A stretch of DNA of 51,130 nt, filler included, from Catajapyx aquilonaris (Eukaryota), in assembly GCA_000934665.2 (NCBI GenBank). It is 3 parts of 3 records of this genome, joined end to end, with 100 filler letters (N's around TTAATTAATTAA, not from the genome) between each part and the next. Parts side by side here need not be neighbours in the genome. Positions count along the whole stretch, not along the records: positions 34,152 to 51,130 come from JYFJ02007067.1; 2 more parts are not named here. The stretch is one strand, 5' to 3'. The notes beneath the pieces were generated by a model. That model was not told the origin of the DNA and did no database searches. It saw only the letters and a program-made list of their open reading frames with translations. Every line of letters begins with the position of its first letter. Positions within the stretch are counted from its first letter, which is position 1. Of this stretch, positions 38,223 through 50,832 are shown one piece after another. A program made the translations under genes and the position numbers.

Positions 38223-39697
38223 TTTTGCTACAGGATAGACTTTTGAAAGGGGAAAGGGGCGATCTGGGGGTAGGAGGAGCAGCAGGGAAAAGGGTAAGTC
38301 TACTTTTGGCCGAAAATGAGTTATGGGTGGTTTCAATTTCAGTCCAAGTCCTGTGACGGACGTTGGGGCGAATAGCAGTCAACATGAAAAAAAACAACTC
38401 TAATCACGCTCACGTGATTTGCCAATCTTGTTTAAATATATCCTATGCGGGGACAAAGGCAATTGTGGAGTGGTGCATGGAGTTGGGCAGTGTGGCCAGA
38501 GTTGCACATGCGAACATTGCGGAGAGGTTGCCTTATACTTGTACTATGCTTTCATATCGGGAGAACCCGTACTTTTACCTATTATCTTAGGCGTGTATCT
38601 GCTGAAAGATAGGTCTGTATCCGCAAGGAAGGAAGGTTAGGTCCTGGGTTATGTTGGTATAGCATACCCCTACCCCTGCCACATTTGGTTTCCCATTACA
38701 AAAGTCCTTCCATTTTTGGTCCTCCTCCCCACCATCTCATCCTGTATGTTCACCCTGGAGAAATGTCCACATGCCAGGTATGTCGGGTTCCAGTTTCATC
38801 TGGCAACTGGACTACAAAACCCAAGAAATCCCATCCATACAGTCTTTTCCTGGACTGACTATAACAGCACTCTTGGCATTACTCGTGTGATTCAAATTTG
38901 CCCCCTTCTACAGTCCCGGCAATGCGCATTATCGTTGGTGAATGCAGCCTTCCCCAAAAAATCAATACTTCCCGACGAGCCCCTGCTCTAATGCAACCTG
39001 CATCACTTGCAGCTTTGCGTTTGCAACACAGCCCCCCACGGCCACTACCCATCCGGCCTTCTGTGGTAGCCCTCTTCTCTACTTCTTCCTAACCAAGTTA
39101 CACTCCTCTGATTGACAAGCCAATAAGCTACACAAAAATAACCACTTCAGTCAATATTAGTGATAAGAAAACGACCCATGAACTTCGAACACCCTGTATA
39201 TTATGGGCTAGAATAGAACTCCCCACATTGACATAATAATGCTTACGTGACCAAAAGACCCAGTCGTCAACAAAATATCTTCACAGAGCCATTCGGACAG
39301 GATTGTATGTAAAACACCAGCTGAAGATCACTGATCTAGCCCATTGTGCCAGACCTTATGGAGGGTTAAATAGGAAGTACAAGTCTTTTTTCACTTCTCA
39401 CAAGCCTGTGGATGGAATTTCATAATTATATGGACTGTGAGCCACAGGTTTTCTACTCCAACCACTCAACACTATTGAAGAGGCACTGTTGATCACACTA
39501 TTTTCATTTTCCTTGCCTAATCAGTTTGGAGGAGATGTTGTGGTGATATTAACAGGAAGGCTTTTTGTCATGTGCATGTAAGCTTAAAATAATTCTTGAT
39601 AGGAAGAGAAAATTAAAACAATTTCAGTCCATTTATAAATTAAACCTCTGATTTACTCAACGTGTTCTTATACACTGTACATATCTTTGGAACAAGT

Positions 39698-42600
39698 CTA
39701 CTTATCACTTTTCTCTAACTTCTTCCTAAGCCTCTCTACTTGCACTGCATTTCCATTTTCAATAGCTTGTTTCCGAGCAAGGGCATATGCTCGGCTCAGG
39801 TACTCATCATGGGCTTTCATGCGCGCTTGGCTGAATGTGGTACTGTGCTGTATAGCCAGGTAGTGAAATGCTGCCCCCATGAGCATCACTAAGACACAAC
39901 CAGCAGCCACCCACGAATTAGGCATCCTTTTTAGTCCTTTAATTCCATAATAGGGCTTGTCTTCATAGTACTTATCCTGAGCTCGGTCTCTCATCTCCCA
40001 AAATGTGTCATCACGCCAAACACTGAAGAAATAAAGAAAATTTCAAATTCAGAACATTTTTCTACTCAATAATGTACACAGCTGGACATAGATGTCCCTA
40101 GCAAATTTCTATCATGGACAGAGCTGGTGGGGATTACTCCATGCCCCTGGCACCACCCCCTGTGAGGGCGACAGTGAATGTAAATGGGGCAGAGATCAAG
40201 AAGTCAGAGCTGCCTTATCATGCGCCGGTAATGATGACTTGATCAGCCCATGATGAGTGCTGCTACAGCAGGCCTATTCTTATTTATTATTATTATTACG
40301 TAGCCCCGTTTGAGGGCATGACCCTTTTTGGGGGACAGCAGGCCTATTCTTGCAATTGAATAGGCAAGACAATGAGTGACCCTACTCCAAAAAAATGCGA
40401 AATGCATTTTATGGTTGATCCATATACAGGTAGTACATGGCTGTAAGTACAGTGCTGGACATTAATTCCGTCATACTGCTAGCAACATTTTCCGATGCAG
40501 CAGAAGTGCAAGTCGAGTGATAGAGTGTAAGCCGTGCAGGTAAGAAATGGTAGGCCTCGGGTGACGTCACAGGCAATGGGGGCAATGGAGAAAAAGGCTT
40601 GTCCCCAGCCGGTGATGTCACCCAAGGCCTATCATTTCTTACTCGCACTCCATCACTTAGATATGCACTTCTGCCGCATCGGAAAATGTCACTAGCAGTA
40701 GGCCTACTACGGAATTAATGTCCAGCACTGTACCTGCTCAAGAAATACTGCAACCCAACTCGACCCCTAAGGGGGTAAAAAATAATGCATCAATTTGCAG
40801 AGTAACCCAACTGCAGGGAGTATGTTGGGTTACTCTACATCTTGAACTTCCGAATTCGTCAGAGGAGGCCCGTACCTATAATCAGTCTCTTTCTTCCCGA
40901 GATGATGATAATGTGACATCTGATAAGGAAAATGTGATTGTTTTATGAATGATCCCGAACCAATAAATTTAAGGGTCATAATGCTGGCAAGAAAAATAAC
41001 TGCCCTACTCCATTGCCTACAAACATTTCCTACACCTTGTGAAATACATGTTTTTTTGCTGACAAAATATTATATGAACTTTAAATTGCATGGTGACATG
41101 TATTTGTGGAAAATTATATATCCTTGTCTTCCTAATATTATGGTTCCTGCATGGTTTTTATGATCTCCTGAAATGTTTGCTTCACTGGAGTTGGGTCACT
41201 CTTCGTCTTGCCTATTCAATTGTTTCCATTGTTACAAAGAGAGAGTGATATGGATGACTCATGACAAGTCTGCCTGCTTACACTCATAGTGCATTGCATC
41301 TTGATAAGGGGGGTGAGAGATTACTTTAAGAAAGTGCTTTATTTTCATCACACTCATCACTTTCTATGATGAGTCAGGATGGAGTTATCCAATGGTCGGG
41401 AAAGACTCCAGTGTGCTCTTGTCTTTATTTTACTACAGGGCTATTCAAAATGAATCACCTGGTTTCGTGATTTTTTTATTGCCAGTGCCTTTAAAAATAC
41501 GACAATGATAGCTACACAGTTGGACAGGGAAAGTGTTCAAGTTTTATTTCGTACCACCCACCATCCAGTAGCTTTCGTCTCTGGCCGCCAAAGGACAGTT
41601 TTTGCAAAATGGCGACTATAATCGATGCCTAAGGATTATATTGTCCTATGTCCACGTTTTAACAATGGACATACGACAATGTAATCCTTAGGCGTCGTAA
41701 TGGTAGTGAGAACAGCATCTCTGGTGAGAAGGCATTTTGAGTGCTGGATTTTCATTGGAATTTCAATGGGATTTCATGGAATTTCAATTTGGAAAAAAGT
41801 GAATGAAAAGCGATGGATCGGACGTGGGACAGAGACTGATCAGAAGCTCTTGTCCTGGGCACCTCGTTCTCCTGACCTAACCCCATCCGATTTCTTCCTC
41901 TGGGGCTATGTGAAGGATAAAGTTTTTGTTCCTCGTCCACCAACGACTATCGCGGCACTGCAGGAGCGTATCAGAAGCGCCATGGAAAGCATCACCCCTG
42001 ACATGCTGGGACGTGTATGGAAAGAAATGTATTTTCGGGTGGATGTCTGCGGAGTGACAAAGGGCGCACATATTGAGCATTTGTAACGCAGCTAAAAAAA
42101 CTTGAACAGTTTTCTAAAACAACTGAAAAATAATTTTCATCCTGTGTCAAGTACTTTATGTGTGACGATTTTTTGAAACCAGGTGATTCATTTTGAATAG
42201 CCCTGTATAAGGTCCAATTTGAATGCCATCCACTCCCAATCAACGCCGGAGTGTAATTTAGCAATTCCACAAGAAACGTTACCAAGGCACATACGAGAAG
42301 GTGACTCTGCTCATGCCCCAAATACTGTTTGGTTGACCCCATCTGGATCGACAGCTGAGGGTCAGAGGTTGGGATAGTGGTCCAGATTCGGTCTGTCATC
42401 ATCTGAGTATTAAATGAGCTATGCAATGTCCCCAGCCAGTAATGTAGCGAGGAATCTCCTTGGCACACTTGCCACCATGTTCTGGCAGGTATCTGAGAGC
42501 CCCCCGAGAGACTGCCAGACCTAGTGCGGGGAAAGTGCTGGTGGTGAAAATGAAAAGGTGACATTTACGTAGCGAGTGACCCCTCACACAACTGGGATCT

Positions 42601-44468
42601 TGATTGGGGGTGGATGACATCAAATAATGTGGACTTTACACAAGTGGCAGACTAGAGCATACCAGTGTCTTTCCCAACCATTCAGTAATTCCTCCCTGAC
42701 TCATCATAGAAAGTGATGTGTATGATAACAATAATGCACTTTCTCAAAATAATATTCCTTCACCCTGCTATCCAGATGCAATCCATTATGACTGTAAGCA
42801 GGCAGACCCACCACAGGTCATCTGTGAATCTCTCTCTCTCTCTGTAAACAGTAGCAACAATTGCAAGTATAGGCCTATGTAGTAGCACTCATCATGGGCT
42901 GATCAAGTCATCATTACCGGCGCATGATAAGGCAGCTCTGACTTCTTGATCTCTCCCCCATTTACATTCACTGTCGCCCTCCCAGAGGGGGTGCTAGGAG
43001 CATGGAGCTATCCCCACCTGCACTGCCCACGATGGAAAAATTTGCAAGGGACTGCTATTATGTCCAGACATGTATGCTAAACTCTAGCATAGTTCTACAA
43101 TCGGTGTGGTGTGAAGTCTTTCAAGTAAGCATTTAGCATAAGATAAGATGGTTTTGGTTGCTGTTGTGATTTAGTGTGGTGTGATAATGCAAATATCTAA
43201 ACTACAGCATGTGTTACAAGATTAATAAATTGTGGATACTGATTTACAGTAAGCCTACTCACGTTCTGTAAGGGCCATGCTGGTATGGTCCATTGTAGGA
43301 TGAAAGGTGTTGTGATGAGCGCAGGTTCACGTCATAAATTTCACGTCTGCTTGGATGGCCTAGGATCCTGTAAGCTTCATTCAGCTTGACAAATTTTTCA
43401 TGGAGCAAAGGATTCCTGGGATCAGCATCAGGGTGGAGCTGCAAAGCAGAATTATGAGCTCTAAGGAGGTGTACAAAATCATGCTATTGTAGTAGATTTA
43501 TATTAGCAAAACGGTTGTACCTGATAAATCCAACAACCATAATCACACAAAATATTGATAAACTCACTTTCCAAATCTCCGATTAAAGCTTTCTTTATCC
43601 CTAAATTAGTTAACATAGTAGGCTGGCGCTCATCTCTATACTCCTATCCCTACAAATCATCAATCTCAAGTGCACATTCCCAACACACCAAGCGCCTTCC
43701 CCCACAACTTTGCTGTAGTGGTCACCTGTAATCACAAAAGCAGATTCATAACTGCACTAGTATTGTTGTTTCACAGGCAAAAAATTCTGCATTTAATTTT
43801 GGGCACTTTTTATAAACCACATGAACATTCACCTTGCAAGGCTGCAAAACAACCACACAAAAAATACAAAATCATGACACCACTGACAGGACACAACAGT
43901 CATTGTGTTTCAGAACTGGGGTCACATCTGTAGCAATAAAAATAGCATGGATGCTCCTTTCTACTCGCTCCTGTTGCCTCAGCTTCAAAGTGTGGCAGTG
44001 AGTTAAACACACCCTGCCTTCAAGTTTGGTGTGGAAAGCCCTGTTGGAAAGCCCATTATATAGGCAGATAGGCTTTCCACACCAAACTTGAAGGCAGGGT
44101 CACAGGAGAAAGTGACTGCAAAATTTCTATAGCATGGCAGTAGAAGAAGCAACCCATATGAGGAGGATAAATCACACTCTACCAGATCTTACAAGGGCGA
44201 GTCAATAAAGAATGAGAATGTTTTTTTCACATATCACTGCACTGCAGCCTTCCACCTCTGAGGTCCCGAGTCCGATCCCCGGGGCAGACAGAGGATACTT
44301 ATGCGGATAGAGTTTCGATGGGTTCTCTCCGTATTCGCATAGGTTTTCTCGGGGTTATCCCGTTTCCTCCCACAATCAAAATCCATCACAGCACAGGCAA
44401 TTATTAAAGATGGTTCACGAAAAGATGATCCCTAAGAGGCCCAAAGAAGGCCTATCATGGGGTATCCA

Positions 44469-44526
<58 letters not shown>

Positions 44527-47500
44527 ATACACAATCCACGTAAATACCATATTTACGCGCATATAAGACGCACACGCGTATAAGAAGCACCCCGGTTTTG
44601 AGGCGAAAAATCGTGGAAAATCGGTTGTTGACTTATATAAGACGCACCCAGATTTATTGCCGTAGTTTGGGAACTGGCATTGAGCTGCCGGCAGCAACCT
44701 CGTGTGCAATGCATGTGCGTGTGCAATCCATTAGAATCCAGTAAAAACGGGGGGGCAAGTGGAAAATGGGACAATGCTACGCATCTGAAAGGTACAGGTG
44801 GCAAGGTCACACCGGAATTGTGCATGTGTGTGGACGGGGAGAGCATAACAATGGAAGTGAAGGAGAAGTACCGTGCCGATTTCAAGAGGAAAGTGATCAA
44901 CTGTGCTGACAGGCCATCAAACCGACAAGCTGCAAGGCAATTCGGCGTGAATGAATGCATGGTTCGTCAATGGAAGCTGAAACGGGTGTCCATCGATGTT
45001 TTTAAATTTTTCAATAAACTATTTTCACGATTTCTCACGGGTTTCACCCATTGTGCCCTGCTGTATAAGATGCACACACGTATAAGACGCACCTGACTTT
45101 TTGAGCTACAAAAATCGGAAAAAAGGTGCGTCTTATATGCGCGTAAATACGGTAGTGACAGCACTCAATATACAGGGTGTTTCACTATGTAGTCCCCCCT
45201 AAGAATTGATATTTTCCTTCCTACTCAGAAACATGTTTGGTTTAAAACTTACCTTAGTTCATGGGGATGTAGCACCATTCACACTAAATGCTATATTAGA
45301 CCTTCAACAACCTCCATACACACACGAATGTGACTCGATGCAAAGCTCCTCATTATCGAAGTCCCACCACAGCATATCTACATTAACCCTTTCAGCCCCA
45401 GCCACCTAGAATCTAGGCTATGAGAACTCAACTGAGCAGTACCAACTATACCCTCCATCGCCTAGTTTTCCACTTACGCATGCGCTGAAATTACGAACGA
45501 GATATTTTACAAATAATAACACCTATACTTTAATACCCGTTTGTGGAAAACACTGTGAATGTGTTGGAAACCATTTTCCTCCCATATATAGAAGTCCCTA
45601 AATTAATTTCCAAAAAATATTCCTGTAAAAATTTGAGATTCAAGTACTGCCGGCCAACTGTTAGGCTGATTTAATTATGGAATACGTTAAAATATACGGA
45701 ATAACAATTTTGAGAAGGGTGCCAAATGAATTAGCTGAAATCGTCTTACCTTTCGAGAAATAAGAAAATTTGGGAGTTATCCGAAGTGACAAGCAAGTCG
45801 CAGAAAAGTATTAATTTATTTCTCGGAAAGTACAACGATTTCAACGAAGTCTTCTGGCAGGCTTCTCAAGATTGTTATTCCATATATTGTAACGTATTTC
45901 ATAAGTACGGTATATCAGCCTAACAGTTGGATGGTAGTACTTGGAGTTTCATATTTTATAGTGGGAGGCGAAGTGGTGTTGCGGTAACGTATGCGCCCAC
46001 GGATGTTAAGGTCCCGGGTTCGATCCCAGCCCGGGGACACCCCCTTCATCTCGTGCAGAGTTCGGGGTCACCTCTGGCTTCGTCTCGGGTGGTATTTCCA
46101 ACAGACTAAACCACCCAGGGGAGCTCACTAAAAATGGCCACGTTTAAGACATTGCACTGCACCTTGCACATCCCCTCCTGTCATCCTGCCCGTGGGCCCG
46201 GGCATTTCAAATGAATAGGCTCCAAATGTACCGTCATCAAATAAAGGTCCGTGCGATATGCCCCCAGGTGGGGGCAAAAGCACATTACCCCTGCATATTT
46301 ATAGCGATATTTTTGGAAATTAATTTACAGACTTCTATGCGAGTAAAATTCTTTCCAACACATGCACTGTGTAGGTAGAGCACGAATGTAAAAGTATAGC
46401 TGTTTTTATTCGTAAAATATCTTGTCCTTATTTGCATGTGGAACGGAAGCAAAAAGAATCTAGGTGATGGAGGTATAGCTGGTATCTGAAGGTCGAGTTC
46501 TCATCGCCTAGATTCTAGGTGGCTGGGGCCAAAGGGGTTAATAGTGAGGATTGCTGTACCAAGTGTTTTGGACCAACACAGTGGTAGATGACCTCCTTTA
46601 GAGGAAGAAAAAAATTGAAAAAGTGAAGCACAGGCTGCTGGCATCACCGAAACAGTCACCACAATTTTGTCACAAGAAACTGGGTATCCTGTTTCCACCT
46701 GCCAAAAGAGACACGAATTGGGATATTTGAAGAGTTGTGCTTACAACAGTGAGCCTTGATGTGAGAAAACTTGGAAAGCAACATATGTGCAGCAATCCAG
46801 ACCATTTATGAGGATATAATAATTAATAATTCATACCTCGTTATCAGCCATTGGCTCTTTAGGGGGGAAGTTTGTTTTGGCTGGAACTCTTTGCTTTCAT
46901 TTTACTGTGCTCATTGGGATAGGATAGGGATGGAAGGAAGCGGCTGTGGCCTATTAATTACGGAAGCAACTCCGGAATTTCCCTGGAAGGACCGTGGGAA
47001 ACCACAGAAAACCACGGTCAGAGTTGCCGGTCCCGGGATTCGAACCCAGGACCTCCCGATTAGCAGTCGGACGCCTTATCCACTATGCCAACTTGCTTCG
47101 GATTTATGAGGATATATTGCAGAGGATCTTGGATAAGAAGGAGCGTCGCATCGAGTTGTGTTCAAGTGCGTATGGAGGTCGTTGAAGTTCAATCCCAGCA
47201 TTTACAGTGAATGGTGCTACATTCCCCTGAACTGAGGTAACGTTTAAACTAGGTAGAGTGGTACAAAAGATATAGTCGATTCTTTGGGGGGACTACCTAG
47301 TGAAACATCACGTACTGTATAACCGATCAAATGTGAGGGAGGAGGGACCATAATATGAGCTAACCATACATTCGTATACCAGTCCTATACACGGTGTCTC
47401 TTACTAGGTCAATTGGCAGGCAGCATCCTCATTGACCCAAACCAAGTCGAAAATGTAGGGGTGGGGGGNGGGGGGGGAGGAGGAGGAGAGAAATGTTGAA

Positions 47501-49907
47501 GGAGCAACTGGTAATGAGGTAGAGTGGTAGATGATCAGAAACATTGGCCTACCCCTAGACACATGCAGCAACACACACAACACCTCTTTATAGAGCAGAT
47601 CTCCAGTCAGGTGGACCTGCTCACCTTCTAGGGAGCATGGTATGAGAGTAATAATTATGGCTGCGAAAGAGGCGATCTCTCAAAATCATATCAGCAATGA
47701 TTATCATCACTCTCATGGCCTGCTCCCTAGGCAACCACTGTAAGGCGTGTGTCCATCTGCCAGATCGCCCTACAAAGAGGCCTAGTGTGTGTTGCCGCCT
47801 GTGTCTAGGGGAAGGCCAATGTTTCTGGTCGTCGAACTCATCATCATCATAAGGTATCAACTTGTTTTGGGTCAATGAGTATGAAGACTGCTGGTTGACC
47901 CTCTAGTAAGATACATCTGGTATAAATATTCATTAGTGACTTGGCACTCCAGCAATTATGAATATTTCCTAGAAACTGCTGAAGGAACAATATGAAGACC
48001 TCAGGGGAAAAATGATCAAGGTCCACCTCAGGTGAAACTGAGATAATCCAACTTTAAATTTTGAAGGCCCTTAAGTTCCATTGTAAATCCCACTTCAGGG
48101 CCTTCCATTGTGACCTACAAGTATGATCATTACTCCACAACCATGACCAAACCATCATATTCTACACTAGTGAAAGTATCCACTGAGATATGTAACTCAT
48201 TTTTGACAAAAAGTGGACCTCGATCACTCTTCCCCCAAGGTCTTCATATGCCATTGAAAATTAAAATATGCCGGAATATGATATAAATGAAAGTAAAATT
48301 ATGAGTGTGTGTTCCACTTGAAATGTTTGTAGTGGTCAGTGATTTTTTCGGCACCTTATTACCTTATTTTGGTTCCTTATTGCCGACACTTTCCAATAGC
48401 TACAAATACAGTGTGTTCCACGTATTTGGGTCCTTTTAGTTTCCGTTAATTTTGTCCAAAGTTGTTACTTTTGTGGAGCTCTTTTGCATCCTGATTGAGG
48501 TGCCTAATTATTAAATAACAACTTCGGGGGAAATTTGTGACAACTAAAAGGGCCTGAATACTTGGAACACACTGCATATTAACTGCTATATTAGTAGGCT
48601 GCATGAAACTCATTCAGGCCCAAAATGGAAATGAATTTCTGAACTTAAAGCCGCGTTTACATGTGAGCGATTTGATCAGCGATGAAACCAATCGTTTGGG
48701 GCGAAAGTAACAGTTGATTTTCGCCCCAAACAATTGGATTCATCTCTCAGCGACATGGCTGATCCAGTCGCTCACATGTTAATGCAGCTTGAGATATGGA
48801 AAGTGACAATTTCTGACTTACTGGGATGACCCGTTATATCCCTTCTACATCACTTTAACCCTTTGACGGCGTTTTTTTTGGGGGTCTTTTTGTTTTGTTT
48901 CTTGACCAAAATTAATTTGTAGTCAGAGTGATATTAATGAAAACCAATGTGCGCCAATATTTATCATTTTGACTCGTGGTGGTCCTTTTTAATGTAAAAT
49001 GCCAAAAAAATTCATCTATAGGGTGTTCCAGAAATGTTAAAAAATGTACAATTAACTTTAAAAGCAATTAAATTAATTCCAATTTTTAAAGTCACTATAA
49101 AATTGTTACTATGGTCCCTTACATAATAATAGTAAAACACTGTACTCTGAGAAATTCCTAAGAGTATGTTTCACTCACGCTGAGAGGCGGAAAAACTTAT
49201 TAGCATACGCCATGGTAGTTGAGCCCCCTTCCGCGAGGTGGTAGGAGCAGTTTGAGCCTCAAACTGCGCCATTTTTGTCTAAACTCGAGCGCGCCCAGTT
49301 CAAAAATCTGCAGGACCTCGTATGAGGCTCATAGCCCTCAATGGATTAAAAGGAAGCTCCAGTTTGACTGAATTTTATTAACCAATTTTTAAATAACATA
49401 AAGTAGTTTTTAAAAAAGTAGCTCACAAGAATAATCAGCTTAATGCACAAATTGCTAGTCACTATGACAATTCAGCTGGAACACACTGTACATTAAGAAA
49501 CCTCCAATTAGCAACGTTTTGGATGGTAATTATTTAGACATTCTCACATAATTTAACTATCTCATATTGTATTTCAAGATATTACAAATTATTTTCCAAG
49601 TGCTTGTTTCCACCGGCATAATTTTCGAGTACAAAAAGAAAAGCACAAATTAATATGGAGCACAAAATCAAACAAACTATATTATTATAACTTTGTTACC
49701 TTATTATTAATTGCCTAGCAACAAAAACTTGTTCTGGCTTGCATTTTGTTCACAACAAAAATTATGCCGGTGGAAACGGCCTTATTAAAATTTTGAGGAG
49801 AGCAGATACAAACCTTTTTTGACATTTTTATGAAAGCCTCCTTAATCTCTTTCTGAGAACAATTTTGTGGCAGGTTCATGATGTCATAATAGTTTGGCGC
49901 CTTCATC
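39698..49907 (-). CDS. DnaJ-60: DnaJ-like protein 60 / DNAJC4-like J-domain protein with C-terminal hydrophobic segment; 5' end possibly incomplete
   Basis: Exons 49907-49814 (MKAPNYYDIMNLPQNCSQKEIKEAFIKMSKK), 43438-43263 (LHPD...FVKLNEAYRILGHPSRREIYD) and 40022-39698 (VWRDDTFWEMRDR...YYGIKGLKRMPNSWVAAGCVLVMLMGAAFHYLAI...TAG). Phases 0 and 2 are compatible, the HPD motif is intact and there is a TM-like stretch. Confidence 0.88.
40075..43074. mobile_element. Long-TIR non-autonomous element filling DnaJ intron, with nested insertions
   Basis: 40075-40266 pairs with 42878-43074, and 41225-41420 pairs with 42653-42850. It contains a MITE (40353-41222), a MITE (~40450-40730), a retro-tail insertion and a mariner remnant. 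Confidence 0.8.
41436..42205 (+). mobile_element. Internally deleted Tc1/mariner-superfamily transposon (rosa/maT-like transposase C-terminus)
   Basis: Perfect TIRs CAGGGCTATTCAAAATGAATCACCTGGTTTC with TA TSD. The frame at ~41810-42086 encodes RWIGRG...WAPRSPDLTPSDFFLWGYVKDKVF...GAHIEHL*. Confidence 0.92.
44244..44525 (+). mobile_element. 5'-truncated family 1 SINE with expanded (ATT)n tail
   Basis: Colinear with 14718-14958; (ATT)~18 at 44471-44524. Confidence 0.88.
44547..45152 (+). mobile_element. pogo/Tc2-like internally deleted transposon retaining a Brinker-type HTH
   Basis: TA|CCATATTTACGCGCATATAAGACGCAC...GTGCGTCTTATATGCGCGTAAATACGG|TA. 44851-44985 encodes MEVKEKYRADFKRKVINCADRPSNRQAARQFGVNECMVRQWK. 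Confidence 0.85.
45387..46537. mobile_element. piggyBac-like palindromic MITE
   Basis: TTAA|CCCTTTCAGCCCCAGCCACCTAGAATCTAGGC...GCCTAGATTCTAGGTGGCTGGGGCCAAAGGGG|TTAA, with long imperfect internal IRs. Confidence 0.8.
45962..46293 (+). mobile_element. tRNA-derived SINE (family 2)
   Basis: gtggtgttgcggtaac A-box-like and ggttcgatccc B box; near-TSD catattttatag/catatttatag at 45950-45961 and 46294-46304. Confidence 0.75.
46819..47101 (-). mobile_element. tRNA-derived SINE (family 3)
   Basis: Minus-strand head tggcatagtggataaggcgtccgactgctaatcgggaggtcctgggttcgaatccc, body ggttttctgtggtttccc...aggccacagccgcttccttcc, and 15-bp TSD ATTTATGAGGATATA at 46804-46818 and 47102-47116. Confidence 0.85.
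47388..48792. mobile_element. Cluster of four short MITEs (~47388-47922, 47990-48249, 48407-48576, 48649-48790)
   Basis: Each has terminal inverted repeats, e.g. atatgaagacct/aggtcttcatat, cagtgtgttcca/tggaacacactg and aagccgcgtttacatgtgagcga/tcgctcacatgttaatgcagctt. The 47388-47922 pair is the most degenerate. Confidence 0.6.
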
Positions 49908-50681
49908 CTGTAAAGGAAAATACCTCTTGCATTATTCAGCCAATTCAAAAATGTAATCATGGAAACGCCATTCCATGTGAATAATAATTGTGCATAAGAA
50001 CATCTGGCTCAATTAGAACTTGAAATAACAAATGCTTCCAGACAACCTGTTCACCAAAGGTCTCATGTGATGAGATACTAGAGAGTTTCAGTGGGCCTTA
50101 TCGTATGTTACGAAACGATACTCCGTGGGCCCCGAAGAAGCATAACCGAAGCGGTGATTGTTCCGGCGGTCCCTCCCGCTATCGTCCACCCACTCCCTAC
50201 GTTGCGTATCCCGATACAGGTGGGGTGATAACGGCATACGATCCCCATCCCGGTGACCGAAACCATCCCACTGCTACCACCTTAACCTAGACTAGGTGGT
50301 GTGCACGTCGCCCGCGTGTGGGTGCAGGACTAATAGTGCAAGGGTTGGTAGCACTCCCTCCCAGCTAGGACCAGGGAAATGGCCCCTCGCGTGAGGGGTA
50401 GCGTACTAGCTCACCTGACACCTGAAACACTCCTACCATGTCAAACGATACACTTGCAGGCGGGGCGGAGCTACGATTCGTTCGCGATTCTTTACGTCTC
50501 GGATAACGGGTCCCCTGAAACTCTCTACTGACTGTGACACCTGCACATTTCAATACTCTGTACTTCTGATTACCCTGCTAATGAATCCATGGGTGACTGT
50601 ATAAACGGAAAACTCGGATGATAATCCAACAATGGTCCTTGATACTGTGAAAATGAGCTACTCACAGGTTTAAATGAACTG

Positions 50682-50832
50682 CTGTACTATCGGGTTCAAA
50701 TACTTTTGGACATTTTATCCTGGTCTTGAAGCAACCCTTTCCATAGACCCCACGCTAAGGAGGTGTGTGTGTGTGAAGGGTTGCTTCAAGACCAGGATAA
50801 AGTGGCCAAAAGTATTGGAACACGATAGTACA
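50682..50832. mobile_element. Short TA-flanked MITE
   Basis: tgtactatcgggttcaaatacttttggacattttatcctggtcttgaagcaaccctt / aagggttgcttcaagaccaggataaagtggccaaaagtattggaacacgatagtaca. Confidence 0.75.

Larger units (their letters stand above)
45173..47312. mobile_element. Old Tc1/mariner-type long-TIR MITE hosting three younger insertions
   Basis: TA|CAGGGTGTTTCACTATGTAGTCCCCC ... GGGGGACTACCTAGTGAAACATCACG|TA; arms ~45173-45350 and ~47138-47312. Confidence 0.7.

Noticed and set aside
50100..50580. GC-rich stretch as a possible DnaJ first exon or promoter
   Set aside because: No convincing phase-2 donor with an open frame was found; it may be a retroelement fragment but I cannot classify it.
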